A stretch of 64,000 nt of DNA, from NCBI GenBank assembly GCA_964487785.1, contig CAZASU010000002.1, positions 5,020 through 69,019 on the forward strand. The letters are read 5' to 3'. The notes under the pieces were generated by a model, which was not told the origin of the DNA, searched no databases, and saw nothing but the letters and a program-made list of their open reading frames with translations. The stretch comes from an uncultured Gemmatimonadaceae bacterium (GTDB taxonomy: Bacteria > Gemmatimonadota > Gemmatimonadetes > Gemmatimonadales > GWC2-71-9). The position numbers and the translations under genes are program-made. Shown piece by piece: positions 48,299-59,496 of the stretch (the stretch's first letter is position 1; each line of letters begins with the position of its first letter).

Positions 48299-50100
48299 GC
48301 GTGCCCCGTCTATTTCGCGGAATCGGGGTATCGCCAGGGGTGGCCTGCGCTCCGGCGCTGGTCCTCCGCTGGGACTTCCCCGAGGTGCCGGATCGCCCCG
48401 TCCGCGCCGACCAGGTCGAGAGCGAGGTGCGGCGGCTCCGGGAAGCGGTCGAGTACGTGGTCTCTCACCTGCGCGAATTGGGGGAGCGGGTCCTCCAACG
48501 GGCCGGACCCGAAGAGTCACGCATTTTCGACGCTCAGATCCTGATGGCGCAGGACAAGGATTTCCTCGCCGCGGTGGAGATTCTGATCCGCAATAACCAG
48601 CTCAGCGCCGAGACCGCCTACGAGTTCAAGGCCCTCGAGCTGCGGGCGCTCTGGTCCGGTGCCGCCAGACTGCGCGAGCGCCTGGCCGACCTGCACGCCA
48701 TCCAGATGCGCATGATCCACCGCCTCATGGGGGGCACCGACAGCGAAATCTGGTCGATCCCCGCCGACGAGCAGGTGATCGTGGTGGCGCACGAGCTATC
48801 ACCCGGCCTGACGGTGCAGCTCGATCGTGAGCATGTGGTCGGTCTTGTCAGTGAGGAGGGGACCCGCACATCGCACGCAGCGATTCTCGCCCACTCACTG
48901 GGCATTCCGGCGGTGATGGGCGCCGCCGGTGTGCTCGCGGGGATCCCCAACGGCACCCTGCTGCTCCTCGATGGCCAGAGCGGCACCATCGTACTCGACC
49001 CCAACCGGGACGAGCTGGAAGACGCCAAGATCCAGGTCAGCCGCCGCCACAAGCTCGAGCTGCAGCTCGAGGGGGTCGTCGGCGAGCCGGCCGTCACGCC
49101 CTCGGGCCGTGCCATTGTCCTGATGGGGAACGTCGATCTCCCGGAGGAGATCGAGGCCGCCAATCGCCACGGCGCCCAGGGCGTGGGACTTCTGCGCACC
49201 GAGTTCCTGCTCACCGGCCGGGCGAGCCTGCCAACCGAGGACGAGCAGACCGACTATTTTCTCCGAGTCGCGCGCGCATTCCCCAACCGAACGGTCGTGA
49301 TCCGGTCATTTGACCTGGGCGGCGACAAGTTCCCCGCGGCCTTTAAGGCACCGGCGGAGGCCAATCCATTCCTGGGGTGGCGCTCCATTCGGGTCTGCCT
49401 CGATCAACCCGAGGTGTTTCGCCCCCAGATCCGCGCGGTGCTGCGCGCGGCTGCGAGCCACGACATCCAGCTGATGCTCCCCCTGGTGACCACGGTGCAG
49501 GAGGTGCGGGACACCCTGGAGATCGTGGCCGAGGAGGCAAGAGCGCTGAGTAAGGCGGGGACCCAGAGCGCAGACTCGGTTCCGGTCGGGGTGATGATCG
49601 AGACCCCTGCGGCGGTTCTCATGGCGGACCGTCTGGCCGAGGTGAGCGCGTTCTTCAGCGTGGGAACCAACGACCTCACCCAGTACACTATGGCGGTGGA
49701 TCGGGGAAACGCCAGGCTGGCCAATCGCTTCAATCCCCACGACCCCTCGATCGTACGGCAGCTTCACCGCGTACTGGAGGTTGGCAAAGCGGCCGGAGTG
49801 CCGGTGAGTGTCTGCGGCGAGATGGCGTCGGAGCCGCTCAGCGCGGTCCTCCTGCTCGGACTTGGCTACGAGCGTCTAAGCGTGTCCCCCCCAGCGCTGC
49901 CGCTAGTGAAGTGGGTGATCCGGAGCATACCGGACGAGGTGGCACGGCGAGCAGCCGACGCGGCGCTCGGCGCAGCGAGCGCCGCCGATGTCTCCGCCGC
50001 CCTGCGAGAAGCAGTCGGGGGGTACATCGATATTCGGCTCCTGGACCCCCAATCGGCGTTGCCTGGCCGTGGTCGAGTGGCTACTTTGCCCCCCGACTAG
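48295..50100 (+). CDS. ptsI: phosphoenolpyruvate--protein phosphotransferase (Enzyme I)
   Basis: 601 aa. Active-site GTRTSHAAILA. PEP-utilising domain with LRTEFL and SVGTNDLTQY. GTGA overlap with ptsH. Confidence 0.92.
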   Translation: MSVPRLFRGIGVSPGVACAPALVLRWDFPEVPDRPVRADQVESEVRRLREAVEYVVSHLRELGERVLQRAGPEESRIFDAQILMAQDKDFLAAVEILIRNNQLSAETAYEFKALELRALWSGAARLRERLADLHAIQMRMIHRLMGGTDSEIWSIPADEQVIVVAHELSPGLTVQLDREHVVGLVSEEGTRTSHAAILAHSLGIPAVMGAAGVLAGIPNGTLLLLDGQSGTIVLDPNRDELEDAKIQVSRRHKLELQLEGVVGEPAVTPSGRAIVLMGNVDLPEEIEAANRHGAQGVGLLRTEFLLTGRASLPTEDEQTDYFLRVARAFPNRTVVIRSFDLGGDKFPAAFKAPAEANPFLGWRSIRVCLDQPEVFRPQIRAVLRAAASHDIQLMLPLVTTVQEVRDTLEIVAEEARALSKAGTQSADSVPVGVMIETPAAVLMADRLAEVSAFFSVGTNDLTQYTMAVDRGNARLANRFNPHDPSIVRQLHRVLEVGKAAGVPVSVCGEMASEPLSAVLLLGLGYERLSVSPPALPLVKWVIRSIPDEVARRAADAALGAASAADVSAALREAVGGYIDIRLLDPQSALPGRGRVATLPPD

Positions 50101-50231
50101 GGTAGCGCGTAAACACGTACGGGGCAGCGTGGCAGTCGGGCCATGGTCTGGTGCATCGGAAGCACTCCGGAGCACTCGAGACCGCCCCGCTGTCCTGCGG
50201 CTCCTCGTCCCAATGAGAGAGACCAACCGAC

Positions 50232-52807
<2,576 letters not shown>

Positions 52808-52817
52808 CGGTGAGCCC

Positions 52818-53309
52818 ATGATCGAAGTTACCGTCGCGCATCTCGGCCTCGATCGAACAACGAACACGCCGGTCGTAATCCTGCGGGAGAAGGACGGGAG
52901 CCGTGTCCTCCCGATCTGGATCGGGCCGGCCGAGGCCAGCGCGATCGCGATGGAGCTGCAAGGGATGAAAGCCCAGCGCCCCCTCACCCACGATCTGCTC
53001 AAGCAGATTCTGGTTGGGTTGGGGGGGGATCTCCGCCGGGTCGTGATCAGCTCGGTCAAGGAGAACACGTACTTTGCGGAGTTGCTGATCCGGCGCGAGG
53101 ACCATGTCTTCCAGGTCGACGCCCGGCCCTCGGACAGCATTGCCCTGGCGCTCCGGATGCGAGCGCCGATCTTTACCAGCGACCAGCTTCTCGACCTGAG
53201 CGGCGTCGAGACCGACGAGCCCTCCCCCAATCCCTCGCTCGAGGCGGACAAGCTGAAGGACTACCTCGAGAAGATGGACCCTCAGGATTTCGGGAAGTTC
53301 AATCCGTAG
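52818..53309 (+). CDS. bifunctional nuclease (BFN/DNase-RNase domain) family protein
   Basis: ATG 52818. The stretch PVVILREKDGSRVLPIWIGPAEASAIAMELQGMKAQRPLTHDLL is the BFN-domain pattern. Short helical acidic C-terminus. Confidence 0.75.
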   Translation: MIEVTVAHLGLDRTTNTPVVILREKDGSRVLPIWIGPAEASAIAMELQGMKAQRPLTHDLLKQILVGLGGDLRRVVISSVKENTYFAELLIRREDHVFQVDARPSDSIALALRMRAPIFTSDQLLDLSGVETDEPSPNPSLEADKLKDYLEKMDPQDFGKFNP

Positions 53310-53333
53310 CTTCGAGTGGACGGAGGAGAGATA

Positions 53334-53370
53334 ATCCTCATCCCGAGCAGAGCGAGGGACCGGTGAGGAT
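53334..53370. repeat. Third copy of the REP-like 25-nt motif nested in a 7-bp outer stem
   Basis: ctcatcccgagcagagcgagggacc (53337-53361) matches the 18775-18799 copy except in the loop and at the ends. It is flanked by ATCCTCA (53334-53340) and TGAGGAT (53364-53370). Confidence 0.65.
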
Positions 53371-54496
53371 TCCTCTTGATGCTATGCTGTTCTCAGTCCT
53401 CTCTATCCGTGCTTTCTGCGTCCTCTCCGCCTTCTCCGCCCCCCTCTCCGCCCAAACCATCCGCGCCGGGGGCGCCGTGCTGAAGGCCGACTCCACGGCC
53501 GTGGCCGGCACTCGGGTAGTGTTGCACCAGGTAGGCCGGGCGCTGCAAGGGCCGCTCGACTCCACCAGAACCGACCGGCGCGGTCGCTTCCGCTTTTCCT
53601 TTCGTCCCGACACGTCCGCGCTCTACCTGGTCAGCGTTCGCCATTCCGGCATCGAGTATTTCTCGACGCCGGTGCACACCAACCCGGCGCGGCCGGACAG
53701 CGCGATTCGGGTCATCGTGTACGACACCTCCAGCGCCGCTCCGGTCTCGCTGGAGGCAAGACACCTGGTGTTGACGCGGCCCGGTGAGGACGGCTCCCGA
53801 AGTGTCCTCGACCTCATTGTGTTGCTCAATGGCGGACAGCGAACCCGGGTGGCGCCCGACAGTGCCGGGGCCTCCTGGGGCGGGCTACTGCCAGGCGGGA
53901 CGATTGGCCTCGAGCTGGGAGAGAGCGACGTCTCCCCCGAGGCGGTCACCCGGCGAGGAGACTCGCTCCTGGTGGCAGCACCGCTGGCTCCGGGGGAGAA
54001 ACAGGTCACAGTCCAGTATGCAATTCCCGCAGGTCGCAAGGACCTCGAACTTCGCTTCACCGAGCCGGTGTCAATGGTCAACCTGCTGGCGGAAGAAAAC
54101 GACGTCGTGGTGAGCGGGGGCAGCCTGGCGCTAGCGGACAGCCAGGTACTTCAGGGACGCTCGTTCCGGCGCTGGACCGGTGCCGTGCCGGCGGGCGGCA
54201 CACTGCGCGTGACGCTCCCGGGCCGGGGCCCCGTTCCGGACTGGTTGTTGCCTTCGCTCGTGGCGGCCGTCATCCTCGTGCTCGGTGGAGCCGGATGGTA
54301 TTTCCTGGCGCGTCGGCCTGGATCGCCCGCGGTCTCCTCGGCCGGGCTGCTCGACGCCATCGCCGCGCTCGACGCTCGCTACCTCGGACGGGAGGCAAAT
54401 ACCTCTGCCGAGGATTGGGACTCTTACCAGACCGAGCGACGCAGACTCAAGGCCCAGTTGCAGGCGGCCCTTGCGGCTGGAGCGCCAAGCCAATAA
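53363..54496 (+). CDS. hypothetical exported protein with CarboxypepD_reg-like N-terminal region and C-terminal TM anchor
   Basis: Signal-like MLFSVLSIRAFCVLSAFSAPLSAQ. A GTRVVLHQ...TDRRGRFRFSF beta-sandwich pattern. TM helix LLPSLVAAVILVLGGAGWYFL, then a helical cytoplasmic tail. Start is GTG 53363 or, more plausibly, ATG 53384. Confidence 0.5.
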   Translation: MRIPLDAMLFSVLSIRAFCVLSAFSAPLSAQTIRAGGAVLKADSTAVAGTRVVLHQVGRALQGPLDSTRTDRRGRFRFSFRPDTSALYLVSVRHSGIEYFSTPVHTNPARPDSAIRVIVYDTSSAAPVSLEARHLVLTRPGEDGSRSVLDLIVLLNGGQRTRVAPDSAGASWGGLLPGGTIGLELGESDVSPEAVTRRGDSLLVAAPLAPGEKQVTVQYAIPAGRKDLELRFTEPVSMVNLLAEENDVVVSGGSLALADSQVLQGRSFRRWTGAVPAGGTLRVTLPGRGPVPDWLLPSLVAAVILVLGGAGWYFLARRPGSPAVSSAGLLDAIAALDARYLGREANTSAEDWDSYQTERRRLKAQLQAALAAGAPSQ

Positions 54497-54519
54497 ACTA
54501 GCCGCTGCTGAACAACTGA

Positions 54520-54700
54520 AGACCACACGAATGGGGATACTCGGAAGCCGGTGCAAGTCCGGCGCGGCCCCGCCACTGTAACGGGTACCTGGCCCTCGAG
54601 GCCAGGCTCTCCACTCAGAACGCCACTGGGAAACCGGGAAGGCGAGTGGAGTCCCGAAGCCAGGAGACCTCGCTGTTCGTGCCACCATGAAGCCCTCGGG
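54520..54700 (+). promoter_or_regulatory. cobalamin (adenosylcobalamin/B12) riboswitch
   Basis: Core GGAAGCCGGTGCAAGTCCGGCGCGGCCCCGCCACTGTAAC (54543-54582) and B12-box-like GAAGCCAGGAGACCTCGC (54656-54673). Candidate P1 stem is CACGAA (54526-54531) with TTCGTG (54676-54681). Lies upstream of a B12-type uptake operon. Boundaries are approximate. Confidence 0.85.
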
Positions 54701-54769
54701 GGAGGGTTGGTGGCGTGTCCGGCAGCCTCTTCGGCTCTCGCTCATCGCCCATCCTCCGAGTTCAGGAAG

Positions 54770-55684
54770 ATGGGCCTTATTATTTTCGGCACCCAGCGAC
54801 GCCTCGGCCTTCTAGTCATCTGGCTCCTCCTCGGAGCGGGCGCGGCAGGGAGTGCGTGCCGCCAGGCACCCGCGCTCCACGCGAGCATCACCCTGGTCGA
54901 CGATGCGGGCGACACCGTCAGGCTCGCGGCGCCGGCTCGCCGAATCGTCTCCCTCATTCCGGCCTCAACCGAGCTCCTCTTTGCCATTGGGGCCGATTCC
55001 GCCCTGGTGGGACGGACCAGCTACTGCGACTATCCCGCCGCCGCCAAGGCCGTTCCCGATCTGGGCGATGGCATCAAACCCAATATCGAAGCCGTGATCG
55101 CCGGCCGGCCAGATCTGGTGGTTCTCTACAACTCCGGCCAGAATGCTGCCGTCGCCGGCCGGCTTCGCGAGCTGGGCATAGCAGCGCTCCGGGTCAACAC
55201 CGACGCCTTGAGCAGCGTCCCCCGGGTGGCACGAATACTCGGGAAGCTCACCGGGCGTGAAAAGGCCGCCGACTCGCTCGTTGCTGTTTTCGATACCGCC
55301 CTGACGTCCGCAACCCAGCCGCGCGCCACTCCGAGGTCCAAGGTTCTGCTGCTGGTGTGGGAACAGCCGCCCATGACCATTGGGCGGGGAAGCTTCCTCA
55401 GCGAACTGGTGGAACGCGCGGGCGGCGAGAACCTCTTCGCCGATGTGACCTCGTCCTCAGGTGTCGTGAGCATCGAGGCGGTGGCGGCGCGAGACCCGGA
55501 TCTGATTTTCACCACGGTGGAGGGGCCGTCCGCCTTCGCCACCCGGCCCGAGTGGCAAGTCGTCCCCGCCGTACGCCAGCACCGTTTCCTCCACGTGAGC
55601 GGCTCTGAATTCAACCGGCCGAGCCCTCGGGCACCGCAGGCAATCCGCCAGCTTACTGCCAGGCTGAACGAGGCCAGGCCATGA
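54770..55684 (+). CDS. btuF: ABC transporter periplasmic binding protein, cobalamin/siderophore class (BtuF-like)
   Basis: ATG 54770 after AGGAAG. Signal/lipobox-like LLLGAGAAGSAC. RIVSLIPASTELLFAIGA and GRTSYCDYP motifs of PF01497-type binding proteins. Under riboswitch control. Confidence 0.75.
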   Translation: MGLIIFGTQRRLGLLVIWLLLGAGAAGSACRQAPALHASITLVDDAGDTVRLAAPARRIVSLIPASTELLFAIGADSALVGRTSYCDYPAAAKAVPDLGDGIKPNIEAVIAGRPDLVVLYNSGQNAAVAGRLRELGIAALRVNTDALSSVPRVARILGKLTGREKAADSLVAVFDTALTSATQPRATPRSKVLLLVWEQPPMTIGRGSFLSELVERAGGENLFADVTSSSGVVSIEAVAARDPDLIFTTVEGPSAFATRPEWQVVPAVRQHRFLHVSGSEFNRPSPRAPQAIRQLTARLNEARP

Positions 55685-56655
55685 CCGCCGGACGGGTCTC
55701 GGCTCTGGCGCTCCTGGTGAGTGTCTGCCTTCTGATCGGCCTGAGTGCAGGGGCGGTTCCGCTTCCGCTGAGCGAGGTTTGGGCCGGGCTATGGCACCCT
55801 GACGCGGAAGCCTCGGCGATCGTGCGTGACCTGCGTGCGCCCCGTGTGGTGCTTGCCTTTCTGGTTGGGGGCAGCCTCGGGATCTGTGGGGCTGCCCTTC
55901 AAGCCATGATCCGAAACCCATTGGCCGAGCCGTATCTCCTCGGTTTGTCGAGCGGGGCGGGGCTCGGCGCCGTGATCGCGATTGCCACCCGGGCCGGCGG
56001 TGCCTGGGCCGTGCCGGTGGCTGCCTTCATCGGTGCCCTGTGTGCCGTGGCCCTGGTGTACCGGCTCAGCCTGGTTTCGGGCAGGCGTCTCGATCCCCAT
56101 GTGCTGCTCCTTTCGGGCGTGGTCGTGGGGTCCTTCGCCGGCGCGCTCATGAGTGCCGTCATGGTGCTGTCCGATGCGCCCGGCGTCCGCAATGCCTTCC
56201 TCTGGCTGCTGGGCGGCTTCGGCACCGCATCGTGGCGCGCCCTCGCCGTGTTTACGGTCTATGCCTGTATTCCGGTGGCCCTGATCCTGTTTCATGCCCG
56301 CTCGCTCGATCTGATCGCGCTCGGCGATGAACCAGCCCACCACCTGGGGGCGGAAGTGGATCGGTTGCGACGGGTGATCTACCTCTCAACCGCGCTGCTG
56401 ACCGCGGCGAGCGTGGCCACCTGTGGCATCATCGGCTTCGTCGGACTGGTCGTGCCGCACGCAGTCCGCACCGTATTCCGTCCCCTGCATCGCACTCTAC
56501 TCCCGATCGTCTTCCTCGTCGGCGGCTGCTTCCTGGTGCTCGCCGATGTGGTATCCCGGACTGTGGTGCGGCCGCTCGAGCTACCAGTGGGGGTGATCAC
56601 CGCCCTGATCGGGGTGCCGCTCTTCGCGCTCCTGCTCCGGCGGACCCTGACATGA
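55681..56655 (+). CDS. btuC: FecCD-family ABC permease (BtuC-like)
   Basis: 324-aa polytopic protein. PRVVLAFLVGGSLGICGAALQAMIRNPLAEPYLLGLSSGAG is typical of the FecCD family. ATGA overlap. Confidence 0.85.
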   Translation: MTAGRVSALALLVSVCLLIGLSAGAVPLPLSEVWAGLWHPDAEASAIVRDLRAPRVVLAFLVGGSLGICGAALQAMIRNPLAEPYLLGLSSGAGLGAVIAIATRAGGAWAVPVAAFIGALCAVALVYRLSLVSGRRLDPHVLLLSGVVVGSFAGALMSAVMVLSDAPGVRNAFLWLLGGFGTASWRALAVFTVYACIPVALILFHARSLDLIALGDEPAHHLGAEVDRLRRVIYLSTALLTAASVATCGIIGFVGLVVPHAVRTVFRPLHRTLLPIVFLVGGCFLVLADVVSRTVVRPLELPVGVITALIGVPLFALLLRRTLT

Positions 56656-57476
56656 TCCTCGAGGCGCGGGCGATCACGGTACGCTACCGCCGGCACGCCC
56701 CCGTCGCGCTGGACGGTGCCAACTGCCAGGTGGCGGGCTCGGAGCTGGTGGCGGTGGTGGGTCCCAACGGCAGCGGAAAAACGACTCTAGTCCGCGCACT
56801 CCTGGGGCTGCTTCCCCTGGAGCAGGGGACCGTGGAGATCGATGGCCGGGCGGTGGGGACCTGGCCCCGCGGCGCGCTCGCTCGGGTCGTAGGCGTCGTG
56901 GGTCAGCAGGAAGAGGCGGTCTTTCGGCTCAGCGTGGCCGAGACGGTCATGTTGGGCCGCTACGCCCGACTCGGTCCGCTGGCGGCGCCTCGGGCCGAAG
57001 ACCGGGACGCGGTTCGGTCCGCCCTCGAGCGCTGCGATATCGTTGGACTGGCAGAGCGATCGATCGACTCTTTGTCGGGAGGTGAGTGGAAGCGGGTACG
57101 CATCGCGCGTGCGCTGGCCCAGGAGCCCCGCGCCCTCGTGCTCGACGAGCCGACTGCCTCGCTCGACGTGCGTCATGAGATGGAGCTGTTCGAGCTCATT
57201 CGCCAGCTGGTCGACGGTGGGCTCGCCGGCCTCGTGATCACCCATCACCTCAACCTCGCTGCCCGTTTCGCGGATCGAATCATCCTCCTCGACCGCGGAG
57301 TGGTCGTCGCCGAGGGCACTCCAGCGGAGGTGATGAACGGTGACACCTTGTCCCGGGTCTTCGAGTGGCCGGTGGCAGTAACCACCTGGTCGGACGGGTC
57401 ACCCCAGGTTGTTCCGTTACGCGTAGGCGAGAAGAGTAGAAGGGCTCAGGATGACAACCAGGAGAACCTGCCATGA
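56652..57476 (+). CDS. btuD: ABC transporter ATP-binding protein (BtuD/FecE-like)
   Basis: Walker A GPNGSGKTT, signature LSGGEWKRV, Walker B LVLDEPTASLD. ATGA overlap. Confidence 0.88.
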   Translation: MILEARAITVRYRRHAPVALDGANCQVAGSELVAVVGPNGSGKTTLVRALLGLLPLEQGTVEIDGRAVGTWPRGALARVVGVVGQQEEAVFRLSVAETVMLGRYARLGPLAAPRAEDRDAVRSALERCDIVGLAERSIDSLSGGEWKRVRIARALAQEPRALVLDEPTASLDVRHEMELFELIRQLVDGGLAGLVITHHLNLAARFADRIILLDRGVVVAEGTPAEVMNGDTLSRVFEWPVAVTTWSDGSPQVVPLRVGEKSRRAQDDNQENLP

Positions 57477-59452
57477 AAGCACGTCGGTTCGCGCTCGCCA
57501 TTGCCGCTGTCCTCGTACTAGCCACGTCGACTGCCGTTGCTGCCCAGGAAGCGCAGGACACAACCCGGCTACCGGAGCTGGTGGTGACGCCTACCCGGCT
57601 GCCGACGCCCCCGGACGCGGTGGTATCGTCAGTCATCGTGATTGAGGGTGACGACCTCCGTGCTCGCGGTGTTCGCTTCGTGCAGGACGCGCTGCGCGAG
57701 GTTCCTGGCGCGGCGGTAGTACAGGGAGGATCCTTCGGGGCTGTCACCTCGGTGTTCTTGCGCGGAGGCGAGAGCGATTATATCAAAGTGCTCATCGACG
57801 GGGTACCCGCAAATCAATCCGGGGGCGCGTTCAACTGGGCCAACCTCACCACGGACAACGTGGACCGAATCGAGATTCTGCGGGGGCCCGGAAGCGTGAT
57901 CTATGGGTCGGATGCGGTAAGCGGTGTGGTACAGATCTTTACCCGGCGAGGTGAAGGAGGTCTCTCGGTCGAAGGTGGGGGAGAGGCGGGCACCTTCGGT
58001 ACCGTGAATGGACACGGTGGCGTCCTGGGCGGGACTCCCCGGCTCACCTACTCGGCCGACGCAAGCCGGTTTGCCACCGACGGCACCTATCGTTTCAACA
58101 GCGACTACGGGAACACCGCACTGAGCGGATCGGTGCGAGGCCTTCCCGATTCACGGACCGACGCATCGCTCTCGGTCCGGTACACGGATAGCCGATATCA
58201 TTTCCCCACCGACTTCGCCGGCGTGCCGGCCGACAGCAATCAGTCGAGCGCCGAGGAGATGCTCACCATCGCCGCCGATGTGGGCCGCCGGCTCGGTTCC
58301 CGGTACGATCTCCGCCTCACAGCGGGAGGGAACCGCGCCGTGGGTGAGTTCGATGACCGTGCCGACAACGCGGCCGACACGCTGGAGTTCGGCTTTGCCT
58401 CGCAGCGGGACTCGCGGGCGGAACGGGGCAACCTCGACGCCCGGATCAATGGCATTCTGAGCCCGGTGCTGACCGTCACCGGCGGAGTGCAGGTGGAACG
58501 GGAGACCGAGCGCCAGTCGGGCGAGACCACCTCGAACTTCGGCGGGATCGTTACCACTCCGGATACCCCCTTCGACCGGGGGCGCACCACCTTCGGATAT
58601 TACGCGCAGGGGGTGCTCGATCTCGCTTCGGGCCTGGCTCTCAATCTCAACGCTCGAGTGGACGACAACAGCGCTTTCGGAACCTTCTTCACCTACCGCG
58701 CCGGGGCCGTGTACCGCTTGCCTTCGGGGACACGAATCAGGGCGTCGCTGGGACGCTCCTTCAAGGCGCCGACCTTCTGCGAGCAGTTCTGCGATGCCCC
58801 ATTCGTGGTGGGCGACTCCACCTTGCGGCCCGAGCGGTCTACCAGCTGGGAGGCCGGTCTGGAACAGGGCTTGGCCGACGGTCGGGTGTCGGTCTGGGCC
58901 ACCTACTTCGATCAGCGCTTCCATGACATGATCGTGTACGACGGTAGCGGCGTCCCGGGGGAACCGACCTATTTTAACGGTGCCGCCGCCAAGTCGCGGG
59001 GCATCGAAACCGGTCTGACCACCTCACTGGGACGCGATGTGAAGCTGTCGGCGTCCTACACCTACCTCATGGCGGAGGCGAGCGACGACGGTGGACTGCC
59101 GTCGGCGACGTTTGCCGCCGGCCAACGCTTGGTCCGCAGGCCCAGGCACTCGGCCGAGCTTGCGGCGCGTGGCCGGGTACTCGATCGAATCACGCTGGGG
59201 GGCTCGGTCATCTACGTGGGTCCCCGAGACGACGTCGACTTCAACCAGTTTCCGGCTCAGAGGGTGGAGCTCACCGGCTACGCCACGGTGGACCTGGCCA
59301 CCGAGGTCGAGGTGATCCGGGCCCGCCCCGGACAACCCGGCCTTTCCGGCGTCCTGCGGGTGGAGAATCTATTCAACCATGCCTACGACCAGGTGGTAGG
59401 CTTTCCCGGCCGCCGGAGGGGAGTGTTCGGGGGAGCGAAGTTCCGGTTCTGA
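57473..59452 (+). CDS. btuB: TonB-dependent receptor (BtuB-like)
   Basis: 659 aa. Signal peptide, TonB-box-like LPELVVTPTR, plug motifs (IEILRGPGSVIYGSDAVSGVVQIFT), and a C-terminal ...GGAKFRF. ATGA overlap with the ATPase gene. Last transporter gene of the riboswitch-led string. Confidence 0.85.
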   Translation: MKARRFALAIAAVLVLATSTAVAAQEAQDTTRLPELVVTPTRLPTPPDAVVSSVIVIEGDDLRARGVRFVQDALREVPGAAVVQGGSFGAVTSVFLRGGESDYIKVLIDGVPANQSGGAFNWANLTTDNVDRIEILRGPGSVIYGSDAVSGVVQIFTRRGEGGLSVEGGGEAGTFGTVNGHGGVLGGTPRLTYSADASRFATDGTYRFNSDYGNTALSGSVRGLPDSRTDASLSVRYTDSRYHFPTDFAGVPADSNQSSAEEMLTIAADVGRRLGSRYDLRLTAGGNRAVGEFDDRADNAADTLEFGFASQRDSRAERGNLDARINGILSPVLTVTGGVQVERETERQSGETTSNFGGIVTTPDTPFDRGRTTFGYYAQGVLDLASGLALNLNARVDDNSAFGTFFTYRAGAVYRLPSGTRIRASLGRSFKAPTFCEQFCDAPFVVGDSTLRPERSTSWEAGLEQGLADGRVSVWATYFDQRFHDMIVYDGSGVPGEPTYFNGAAAKSRGIETGLTTSLGRDVKLSASYTYLMAEASDDGGLPSATFAAGQRLVRRPRHSAELAARGRVLDRITLGGSVIYVGPRDDVDFNQFPAQRVELTGYATVDLATEVEVIRARPGQPGLSGVLRVENLFNHAYDQVVGFPGRRRGVFGGAKFRF

Positions 59453-59496
59453 CCGGCAGGCGACTGGCGGCCGGGACCGGGTGCTTCAATCTTTCG

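Noticed and set aside
50101-50231. Assigning the metK leader to a specific SAM or SAH riboswitch class.
   Set aside because: I could not find the conserved cores of SAM-I, SAM-II, SAM-IV, SAM/SAH or the SAH element by eye. It is reported only as an unassigned structured leader.
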